A stretch of 44,854 bases of DNA from contig JAKIWX010000003.1 in the NCBI GenBank assembly GCA_022749845.1, positions 1 through 44,854 on the forward strand, given 5' to 3'. This stretch comes from Thermoplasmata archaeon (GTDB taxonomy: Archaea > Thermoplasmatota > Thermoplasmata > Lutacidiplasmatales > UBA184). The translations under genes and the position numbers were made by a program. Below, piece by piece: positions 8,176-16,010 of the stretch. The notes below the pieces were generated by a model, which searched no databases, was not told where the DNA came from, and saw nothing but the letters and a program-made list of their open reading frames with translations. The stretch's first letter is position 1, and every line of letters starts with the position of its first letter.

Positions 8176-8817
8176 GTGGGCCTTCCCGGGCTCTTCGCCC
8201 TGATGCTCGTGGAGAGCTTCGGTGTTCCGCCGCTCCCGAGCGAAGTGATCCTGCCGTTCGCGGGTGTCCTTATCGTGCGCGGCACCGCCGGGTTCACGTG
8301 GCCGACCGTGCTCGCGGTCGCGGTAGCGGGCGGCGTCGTCGGGGCGATCCTGGCGTACGAGGCCGGCCGCCGCGGCGGACGGGCCCTCATCCACCGCTGG
8401 GGAGCGCGCGTGGGGATTGACGAGAAGGTGCTGCATCGTAGCGAGGAGTACTTCGACCGGCACGGACGCGTGACCGTGGCCACGGCCCGGCTCGTCCCGG
8501 TCCTCCGGGCCTACATCAGCTACCCCGCCGGAGCGGCCAAGATGAACCGCCCGGCGTTCGTCGCCTACACGGCGATCGGCTGCGTCCCGTTTGCCGCGGT
8601 CCTGATCTACCTAGGGACAGTCCTTGGGAACAACTTCACCGTCCTTCAGCACTACTTCGAGTACCTGGACGTCGCGGTGCTCGCCGTGCTCGCCCTGCTC
8701 CTCGCTTTCCTCTACGTTCGCTGGATGCGCGATCGGCGTGACCGCGCCACAGCGGCTACCGGGGCGTCCCCCTCCTCCTCGTCGGACACGGCGCGAGGGT
8801 CGGAGCCCCCGGCCTGA
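8176..8817 (+). CDS. dedA: DedA/SNARE-associated family membrane protein
   Basis: LVESFGVPPLPSEVILPFAG, AILAYEAGRRGGR, ARLVPVLRAYISYPAG...M. The true N-terminus probably lies upstream (see findings). Confidence 0.92.
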   Translation: MGLPGLFALMLVESFGVPPLPSEVILPFAGVLIVRGTAGFTWPTVLAVAVAGGVVGAILAYEAGRRGGRALIHRWGARVGIDEKVLHRSEEYFDRHGRVTVATARLVPVLRAYISYPAGAAKMNRPAFVAYTAIGCVPFAAVLIYLGTVLGNNFTVLQHYFEYLDVAVLAVLALLLAFLYVRWMRDRRDRATAATGASPSSSSDTARGSEPPA

Positions 8818-8842
8818 GCCAGCCGCTGCGCGTTCGAGATGT

Positions 8843-11818
8843 CTACTCCGTCGGGCGGACCGCTTCCGCCGGGGGCAGGCGCGCGGCTCGTAGCGATGGC
8901 TCGGCGACCGCCGCCATGGCGAGCCCGTAGGCGACCAAAAGGATCAGCAGGAGATTGAGCCACGGGATCGAGAAGGTGCTCACGCCGGCGGCGGCCGCGC
9001 TCGGGCTTGTGGAGAGGTTGTAGACGATGAGGAGGCCGAGCGCAGTGCCGATGCCGATGCCGAGGAGCGAGACGAACGTGTACTCGAGGAAGAACGCCCT
9101 CAGCACCATCCGCCGGGTGAAGCCGTTCGCCCGGATCATCCCGATCTCGCGCCTGCGCTCCACCACCGCGCGCACCGCGACGATCCCCATCGCGGCGATG
9201 CCGACGGCGAGGCCGAGGCCTACGAAGATCTGCAGCAGGCCGATCGCCCCCTCCGTGCCCGCGATCGACTGGGCGAGGATCGCCTGGAAGTTGTAGAGCA
9301 CGAGGCCGGAGCGGAAGAAGGCGGCCTTCGCCAACTGCGCCGCGTGGGTCCCGGAGACGCCGGCCGCCGTCGTGAGGAAGAACGCCTTCTCCTCGTGGAA
9401 GCCGAGCCCGAAGGCGGTCGCCGGATTGAGCCAGACCCCCGTGACGGTGCTCTCGAGAAGGATGCCGATCACTCGGACCGTGGTCGAGTTCCCGGTGACG
9501 GGGTTCGCCACCCGGATGGAATCGCCGACCGCGACGGACGGATGGGGGGCGCTCGTGCCCCCGCCCCCCCCGAGGTTTGTCGTGGCGACGGCGTAGCTCT
9601 GGTCCACGATCGCGACCGAGCCGTTCGTTTCGAGCTCGTGCATGGCGAGCCCGGCGGAGATCCCCCCGAGCGTGGTGCTGAACGGGAACCGGTTGGTGGT
9701 GTAGAAGCTCGAGGACGCGTTCAGCCCGGTCGGCCCGGCGAACACGGCATCGCCGAACGGGTTCGCGGAGAAGCCGCTCACGTTGAGATTGGCGCCCCCG
9801 AAGTAGAGCGGCACGACGACCGAGAACTGCGAGGCGAGGGATGCGTTGCCCGCGATCTGTCCGGGAAGGTCCGGTATGGGCTCGTTCGAGAACCCGAAGA
9901 ACGTGAACCCGCCCGATTGCTCCGCGACCGTGTGGTCGAGGTTCGCCTGGATCGTCCCGCCGAAGGTCGCGATCGCCACGAGGGTGAAGACGACGAGGGC
10001 GAAGATCGCGAGCGTGATGGTCGTCCGCGTGGGTCGACGGCCCGGGTAGGAGAGGGCCACGCGCGCGACCGGCGCGCGGCCCGAGCGCCCGTTCGCGAGG
10101 CGGAGCAGGCCTCCGACGAGCGAGGAGGAGTTGAACGCGAAGAGGAACAACGCCCCTCCGACCATGATGATCCCCTCGACGAACACGATGAAGATCCCCC
10201 CAGTGTGGTAACTCCCGAGGAGTGCTGTGTGGAGCGGCTCGAAGCCCGCCCATACCACGAATCCGGCCCCCGCGGCGGAGAAGGCGATGCGGTTCGTGAC
10301 GAACCGGGAGGCGACAAGCGCCGCCCCGAGGATCATCATGGCGCCTCCGATGAGCGGTTCGGAGATGTCGGTGCTTCCGCGGTACGTCGAGAGGAAGAGC
10401 AGCGTACCCAGCGCGGTGAGGGTGAGCCCCAGGTAGGCGAGGTACGTGTAGACCCGGATCGCCGGTGGGGGCTCGGGAATGTCCCGGATCGCTCGCACGA
10501 TGTTGAGGCGGCTCGCGCGGCGGCTTGCGACGACGACCGTGACGAGCGTGAGCAGGAAACCGATCACGTAGGCGATAAGCAGCGTCTGGGGCAGCACAGT
10601 GAACGAGTCGAGGATCGCCCGTGAGGAAAGACCGGGTGCGGGGAAGAGAATGCTGAAGGCGTAGGTAAGCCCGTACCCCACACCGACACCGACGACACTT
10701 CCGGCGAGCGCGCTGCCGGCCGAGTAGGCGAGCCCCTCAAAGTAGTAGGAGTAGACGAGCTCGCGCCGGCGCAGTCCGATCGCCCGGAGCATGCCCATTT
10801 CGCCTTTCCGCTCTTCGGCGAGCAAGACGAAGATGCCGATGATCAGCATCGCACCTGCGACGATGGAGAATAGACCGAGGACGAGGAAGAGGGTGGAGAT
10901 GCCGCTTCCCGAAGTCTGGGCGGTCGCGAGGCCATTCTTCAGCGTCTCCTGCACCTTGAGCCCAGACGCGGCCGGGATCTTCGCGAGCGTTGCGTTCAGA
11001 TTCGCACTTACCGAATCCGAGAGTCCGACCCCCCCTTGCTGGGATCCCGCATTCGTTACCGATAGGACGTTGATCTGCCCTGGGAGATTCTCAACCTTCT
11101 GGGAGGTGGCAAGGTCCGTGAACACGCTCCCGAAGTTGCCGATACCGCCGGTCGGGAAAGCACCCCGGACGTTGTCCTGCACGACGGCCTGCACGACGGC
11201 GGTCACGGGGGTCGAGTTCGCGCCGTACAACTGGAGGGAGTCGCCGGCGGAGGCGTTCAGTTCGGAGGCGGCGAGGTCGTCGAGTAGCACTTCGCCGGGC
11301 GCCGGCCCTGCGAGGGACTGCCCGCCGTCCGTGACGAACGATCCGAGCTGCTGACTCTGGTTCCCGTTCACCCCGATGAAGTTCAGGTTGGGTTGGGGGA
11401 CGCCGGAGGACCGATCGAACACCTCTACGGTGCTCACTATCTCCGGGGCGATACCGGCGATGGCGTGGTCCCCGCTCGCCGACGAGAGCACCTGCGAGTA
11501 GACTGCGTAGGGGAACGGGGCCAGGGAGCCAATCGGGGTGACGTTGCTCACGATTTCGTCGTTGAAGCCAGCTCCCAGCAGCGTGTAGTGCAGGCCGAGC
11601 TCGTTGATCGTGTCGCCTACGATGAGGCTCCCCGAGATGATCGTGGTCGCCACGAGGAGGCCGAGGATCAGCAGGACCGTGCGGGAGCGCGAGCGCCGGA
11701 CGTTGCGCATCCCGACCCGAAAGGCGAGCCGGTGGCGCAGGGCGAGCACTAAGGAGAGCACGCCCACCGCGACCAGGATGAGCAGCAGGACCGGGATGAC
11801 GGAATCGCTCGCGCTCAT
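8843..11818 (-). CDS. ABC transporter permease, FtsX/MacB/LolE-like, two fused repeats, 991 aa
   Basis: Two FtsX-like units (EERKGEMGMLRAIGLRRREL; ERRREIGMIRANGFTRR), each with a large extracytoplasmic domain. Confidence 0.9.
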   Translation of the reverse strand: MSASDSVIPVLLLILVAVGVLSLVLALRHRLAFRVGMRNVRRSRSRTVLLILGLLVATTIISGSLIVGDTINELGLHYTLLGAGFNDEIVSNVTPIGSLAPFPYAVYSQVLSSASGDHAIAGIAPEIVSTVEVFDRSSGVPQPNLNFIGVNGNQSQQLGSFVTDGGQSLAGPAPGEVLLDDLAASELNASAGDSLQLYGANSTPVTAVVQAVVQDNVRGAFPTGGIGNFGSVFTDLATSQKVENLPGQINVLSVTNAGSQQGGVGLSDSVSANLNATLAKIPAASGLKVQETLKNGLATAQTSGSGISTLFLVLGLFSIVAGAMLIIGIFVLLAEERKGEMGMLRAIGLRRRELVYSYYFEGLAYSAGSALAGSVVGVGVGYGLTYAFSILFPAPGLSSRAILDSFTVLPQTLLIAYVIGFLLTLVTVVVASRRASRLNIVRAIRDIPEPPPAIRVYTYLAYLGLTLTALGTLLFLSTYRGSTDISEPLIGGAMMILGAALVASRFVTNRIAFSAAGAGFVVWAGFEPLHTALLGSYHTGGIFIVFVEGIIMVGGALFLFAFNSSSLVGGLLRLANGRSGRAPVARVALSYPGRRPTRTTITLAIFALVVFTLVAIATFGGTIQANLDHTVAEQSGGFTFFGFSNEPIPDLPGQIAGNASLASQFSVVVPLYFGGANLNVSGFSANPFGDAVFAGPTGLNASSSFYTTNRFPFSTTLGGISAGLAMHELETNGSVAIVDQSYAVATTNLGGGGGTSAPHPSVAVGDSIRVANPVTGNSTTVRVIGILLESTVTGVWLNPATAFGLGFHEEKAFFLTTAAGVSGTHAAQLAKAAFFRSGLVLYNFQAILAQSIAGTEGAIGLLQIFVGLGLAVGIAAMGIVAVRAVVERRREIGMIRANGFTRRMVLRAFFLEYTFVSLLGIGIGTALGLLIVYNLSTSPSAAAAGVSTFSIPWLNLLLILLVAYGLAMAAVAEPSLRAARLPPAEAVRPTE

Positions 11819-11824
11819 CGGCGG

Positions 11825-12502
11825 CTAGCTCTCGAACTTTCCGTCTCGCATCCGTAGCGTTCGGTCGCAGGTGGACGCGACCGCGGCATCGTGCGTCACG
11901 ACCACGATCGTCTGTCCATATTGCCGGTTGAGCTCCCGCAGCAGTCGGGTGACCTCGCGGGAACCCTCCTCGTCGAGGTTGCCGGTCGGCTCGTCGGCCC
12001 ACACGATCGCGGGGTGGCCGACAAGCGCCCGAGCGAGCGAGACCCGCTGTTGCTCGCCCCCCGAAAGCTCGGAGGGGCGGTGACGGACGCGCTCCGCGAG
12101 TCCCAACTCGCCCAGGATCTTCGTCGCCCGTTCCCGGGCCTCTCGTCCTTTGACGCCCGCGATGAGGAGCGGCATTTCCACATTCTCAACTGCAGAGAGG
12201 ACAGGCAGGAGGTTGTAGGACTGGAAGACGAACCCCGTCCGTCGGGCGCGATACTGGCTCTTCGCGTTGTCGTCCATCGAGTGGAGCTCGCGTCCCTCCA
12301 GCAGGATTTGCCCTCGGGTCGCCTCGTCGAGCCCGGAGAAGCAGTTGAGGAAGGTCGTTTTGCCGCACCCTGAGGGACCCATGATGGCGAGCATCTCCTC
12401 CCGCGCGATCTCGATGTTCACGCCGCGGAGGGCCGCGACCTCGGTGTCCCCGCTCCCGAACACCTTCCAGACGTCCTTGCCGGCGACTACGACTTCCGCC
12501 AT
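11825..12502 (-). CDS. ABC transporter ATP-binding protein, LolD/MacB type
   Basis: GPSGCGKT Walker A, FVFQSYNL, LSGGEQQRV signature, ADEPTGNLD, VVTHD. Confidence 0.96.
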   Translation of the reverse strand: MAEVVVAGKDVWKVFGSGDTEVAALRGVNIEIAREEMLAIMGPSGCGKTTFLNCFSGLDEATRGQILLEGRELHSMDDNAKSQYRARRTGFVFQSYNLLPVLSAVENVEMPLLIAGVKGREARERATKILGELGLAERVRHRPSELSGGEQQRVSLARALVGHPAIVWADEPTGNLDEEGSREVTRLLRELNRQYGQTIVVVTHDAAVASTCDRTLRMRDGKFES

Positions 12503-12517
12503 TGCGACCTTCGGTTC

Positions 12518-12545
12518 GGCAAGGGCGGGAGCTTAGAACCTTGCC
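12518..12545. promoter_or_regulatory. Inverted repeat GGCAAGG-N14-CCTTGCC enclosing the ABC operon TATA; candidate operator
   Basis: Arms at 12518-12524 and 12539-12545. Minus-strand TTCTAAG (12538-12532) lies in the spacer. Confidence 0.4.
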
Positions 12546-12566
12546 CCCTCGAGCAGGCGGGAAGGA

Positions 12567-13898
12567 TCACCGAGGGGCGTACTCCGGTCGAACGACCGAG
12601 CCGGTGGGGCGACCCGTGTACTCGCCTCCCTCCACGATTCGCTCTCCTCCCCGCCAATGCTCGATTGGGAAGATCATCTCGCTGCCCTCGAACGGGCTCC
12701 ATCCACAGGAGTCCGGAAACCTGACCGCGCGGAATCGCTCGACCTTACGGAAATCGATGGCGATAACCCCGCCACGGTGGCCCAGGGCCAGCCTGCCTAC
12801 CGGAAGCCCAAGCCAACGTGCCGGCCGGTCGCACGCCGCGGCGACGAGTTCCGGCAGGGAGAGATCTCCCCGTCGGCAGCGTGCGAGCATCAGGGGAAGC
12901 ATAGTGCCCACCCCGGGAATTCCGGCCGGGGCGAGCGGGAACGGCCTCTCCTTCGCTTCGAGTGGGTGCGGGGCGTGGTCGCTCGCGAGGATCGGCGCCC
13001 GGCCAGCCGCGAACTCGCTCCAGAGAGCCAGCCGGTCCGGCTCCGACCGAAGGGGCGGATTCACTTTGAAGCGAGGACCGTCCGAGCTCCGAGCCGCGAG
13101 AAGAAGGTGGTGGGGAGAGACCTCGAACGACTGACCGGCGGTGCGCAGCCGCTGGGCGACCTTCGCCGAGGTCACGTGAGCGATGTGGAGCCGCAGCGCC
13201 GGAGGAGACTTCTGCAGCAGCTCGTCGACGGCTTTCTCCTCCGAGGCTACGGGTCGCGCCTCGCACCACTCGGCGGCGTTGGCTGCGGTCTCCGGTGAGC
13301 GAAAAAGGTCGGGGTCCTCGGCGTGGACCGAAAGGGCGAGTCCGGTCCTCGCTGCGCTCGCGAGGAGCTCCGCGCGGGAGTCCTGGTCTGCGGGTGGGTC
13401 GATCCCCGTGGTCGGTGCCAGGTACAGCTTGAGGGCCCCTGCAACGCGGCCCAGCCCCGGCGCGTCCTTGGCTCGGAAAAGTACCCCGTACTGGAGTAGG
13501 TCAACGGCGAGGCGACCCCGTCCGCGCGCGGCGAGCTCGGTGAGGTGGGAGCCGGTGCTCGCCGGCGGGTCGGTGTTCGGCATCTCGCCCACGACCCCCA
13601 CTCCTCCGAGCGCGGCTTGCACGGTCCCGCGCGCCCAACTCTCACCCTCCCGAGGGGAGTCGGGCGAACGCAGGTGCACGTGCATGTCGACCGCGGCTGG
13701 AAGCAGCACCGCTTCACCCAGGTCGTGCCGGCGAGCCCCGACGAGGTTTCGGCCGAGCGCTAGGATCTCGCCTCCCTCCCCGAGCCCGACCTCGAGCGGG
13801 TGGAGTCGTCCCCGTTGAAGGCCCCGGCCCGCGAGGATATGGGAAGGCTCGGGGCGGGGCTCTTCCGGAGATCGACGAATCCGGGGCCGGACGGGCAT
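12567..13898 (-). CDS. pyrC: Dihydroorotase
   Basis: DMHVHLR, GEMPNTDP, LKLYL (carboxy-Lys), HAED, HIAH, EVSPHHL, KVNPPLR, ASDHAPH. Confidence 0.9.
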   Translation of the reverse strand: MPVRPRIRRSPEEPRPEPSHILAGRGLQRGRLHPLEVGLGEGGEILALGRNLVGARRHDLGEAVLLPAAVDMHVHLRSPDSPREGESWARGTVQAALGGVGVVGEMPNTDPPASTGSHLTELAARGRGRLAVDLLQYGVLFRAKDAPGLGRVAGALKLYLAPTTGIDPPADQDSRAELLASAARTGLALSVHAEDPDLFRSPETAANAAEWCEARPVASEEKAVDELLQKSPPALRLHIAHVTSAKVAQRLRTAGQSFEVSPHHLLLAARSSDGPRFKVNPPLRSEPDRLALWSEFAAGRAPILASDHAPHPLEAKERPFPLAPAGIPGVGTMLPLMLARCRRGDLSLPELVAAACDRPARWLGLPVGRLALGHRGGVIAIDFRKVERFRAVRFPDSCGWSPFEGSEMIFPIEHWRGGERIVEGGEYTGRPTGSVVRPEYAPR

Positions 13899-13979
13899 CC
13901 CCGATGCAAGGGCCCCGATAGATTAGAGGTCGCACCAACTGTGCCGCCAGCGTTTTGCCCACGCGATTCTCCTGCGGGC

Positions 13980-15035
13980 GTGGGTCGACCCGGACGGCGG
14001 GGCCTGAGCTACGCCGGCGTCGGCGTCGACCGCGCGGCCAGTGCCGAGGGAGTTCGGAGGCTGCTCTCCGCTGTTCGGTACCGCGCGCCCTCCTCGAGCG
14101 GGCGGCACGTTCCTCTCCCGGGCCACTACGCGGGGCTGCTCCGCATCGGTCGCGAGACCGTCGCGCTCACGACCGACACGATCGGAACGAAGGGACTCCT
14201 CGCGCGCGAACTCAACCGGTGGGAGGAGGTGGGGGAGGATGTCGTCGCAATCAACGTGAACGACCTGGCCGCGGTGGGAGCACGACCCGGTGCCATAGTC
14301 GACACGATCTCCCTCAACCGCCCCGTCCCTGAGGTGCTCGCGGCCATCGGCCGGGGGATCGATCGCGGGATCCGGAAGGCCCGCTGCTCCCTCGTCGGCG
14401 GGGAAACAGCGATTGTACCCGAGCTCGTGCGGGGGGTGGACCTGGGTGCCACGGCCCTCGGGTTCTATCCGCCCGGGCGGCGGCCGATCACCGGCCAGCG
14501 GATCCGGCCCCGCGATCGGCTTCTAGGATTGCCCTCGAGTGGGGTGCACGCGAACGGCCTCACGCTCGCCCGTCGAGTCGGTTCGTCCCTATCGCGTGGA
14601 TTCCTGCACCGGCGGTCCGGAGCCACTCGAACGCTGGGAGCCGAGCTTCTCACGCCAACGAGATGCTACGTGCCGGCGGTCGAGGCCATTGCGAAGCTCT
14701 CCGAAGTAACCGGCCTCGCCCATATCAGCGGAGGCGGCGTGCGCAATCTCTCGCGTCTGGCCCCTGACGTCGCGTTCAACCTCAGCCGATGGCCCGCTCC
14801 GCGGGGGATCTTCCGATTCCTGGGGGAGGCCGGCAACATTTCCCCCCACGAGATGTTCCAGACGTTCAACATGGGCGTGGGGTTCGTCGTGGCGTGCAGA
14901 CCCAAGGGTGTCGGTGAGATCTTGCGGCGGCTCGCGCGAACGGGATACGCCGACGCGATGGAGGTGGGATCTGTCGGCCTCGGTCGGGGAGTGCACCTTC
15001 CCCAGCTCCACCTCTCGTACGAAGGGTATGGCTGA
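13980..15035 (+). CDS. purM: Phosphoribosylformylglycinamidine cyclo-ligase (AIR synthetase)
   Basis: LSYAGVGVD, TDTIGTK, NVNDL, GGETA, GLPSSGVHANG, LLTPTRCY, AHISGGG, EMFQTFNMGVG. Start estimated at GTG 13980 (GTG 13941 also possible). Confidence 0.96.
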   Translation: MGRPGRRGLSYAGVGVDRAASAEGVRRLLSAVRYRAPSSSGRHVPLPGHYAGLLRIGRETVALTTDTIGTKGLLARELNRWEEVGEDVVAINVNDLAAVGARPGAIVDTISLNRPVPEVLAAIGRGIDRGIRKARCSLVGGETAIVPELVRGVDLGATALGFYPPGRRPITGQRIRPRDRLLGLPSSGVHANGLTLARRVGSSLSRGFLHRRSGATRTLGAELLTPTRCYVPAVEAIAKLSEVTGLAHISGGGVRNLSRLAPDVAFNLSRWPAPRGIFRFLGEAGNISPHEMFQTFNMGVGFVVACRPKGVGEILRRLARTGYADAMEVGSVGLGRGVHLPQLHLSYEGYG

Positions 15036-16002
15036 CGGCCCGGGCGCGGCCCCGGGGTTCTCGGATCGGAGACGGCAAGCCACCCTCCTTTCGCTGGTAG
15101 CAGCGCTCCTCTGGTCAAGCTACTACCTGTTCGTCCTCGCGCTCGAGGGGTCCGTCGCGCTTAGCGCCCTAGTCGCCTACCCCTTCCTTGCCGGCGGCGT
15201 CGCCTACGCGGTCTGGGCGGGCTACCGCGGGGAGGCCGTCAGCTTCGCGGCGGGATTTGGCCGGTCGGGGAGCTACCTGCGGATCGCCCTGTTCCTCTCC
15301 ACCCAGGTGCTCCTCCTCATCGTCACCCTCTCGGGCGGTCCCGTGGATGCCGCGCTGCTCTCGCTGGTGGGCGACGTCGTGCTCACGCCGCTCTTTGCCC
15401 GCGCACTGGTCGGGGAGGGGCGGGGTCTGCTCCGAAACCCGCTGTTCCTCGGGGGGATGGTGCTGGCAACCGCGGGCGCCCTGCTCACCATCCTCGAAGG
15501 GGGCTCCGCCCATGCGCTCAATCCGCTCGCGACGTTCGCGGGAGTGCTCCTCCCCGTCGTCCTCGCTGTGTTCTTCGTGAGTGCGGCCGAGGAGAACCTG
15601 CACCAACCGATCAGCACCGTGGCCGGTGGTGCATCCCTCGGCGCCGGCATCGGTGCGATTCTGATAGCCCCCCTCCTCCCCGGAGGTTGGCCCGGACTCG
15701 TCGTCGGCCCGTACGCCTTCGCGCTTCTCGTCTTCGCCGGTGTGGTCACATTCTTCGTCGGCCCCGAGCTCTATTTCCGAGCGATCCGGAGAGCCGGACT
15801 TCTCCTGCCCGCGCTCCTCATGACGGCCATCCCGGTCTTCACGCTCGGATTCACAGTCGCGGTGACCCGAGCGGCCCCCTCCCCGCTGGGCCTCGCCGGG
15901 ATTCCGATCGCCGCGCTTGGGGGCCTCATCGCCGTGCGGAGCACCCAAGCGCCGGGCCCGCTCTCGGACGCAGCGCTCGAGGCCCCGCTCCTGGGGCCGT
16001 GA
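15028..16002 (+). CDS. DMT/EamA family transporter, 324 aa
   Basis: About 10 TM helices in two repeats (ALLWSSYY...; ELYFRAIRRAG...TAIPVFTL). ATG 15028 overlaps the purM stop. Confidence 0.8.
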   Translation: MADGPGAAPGFSDRRRQATLLSLVAALLWSSYYLFVLALEGSVALSALVAYPFLAGGVAYAVWAGYRGEAVSFAAGFGRSGSYLRIALFLSTQVLLLIVTLSGGPVDAALLSLVGDVVLTPLFARALVGEGRGLLRNPLFLGGMVLATAGALLTILEGGSAHALNPLATFAGVLLPVVLAVFFVSAAEENLHQPISTVAGGASLGAGIGAILIAPLLPGGWPGLVVGPYAFALLVFAGVVTFFVGPELYFRAIRRAGLLLPALLMTAIPVFTLGFTVAVTRAAPSPLGLAGIPIAALGGLIAVRSTQAPGPLSDAALEAPLLGP

Positions 16003-16010
16003 GAAGGTCC

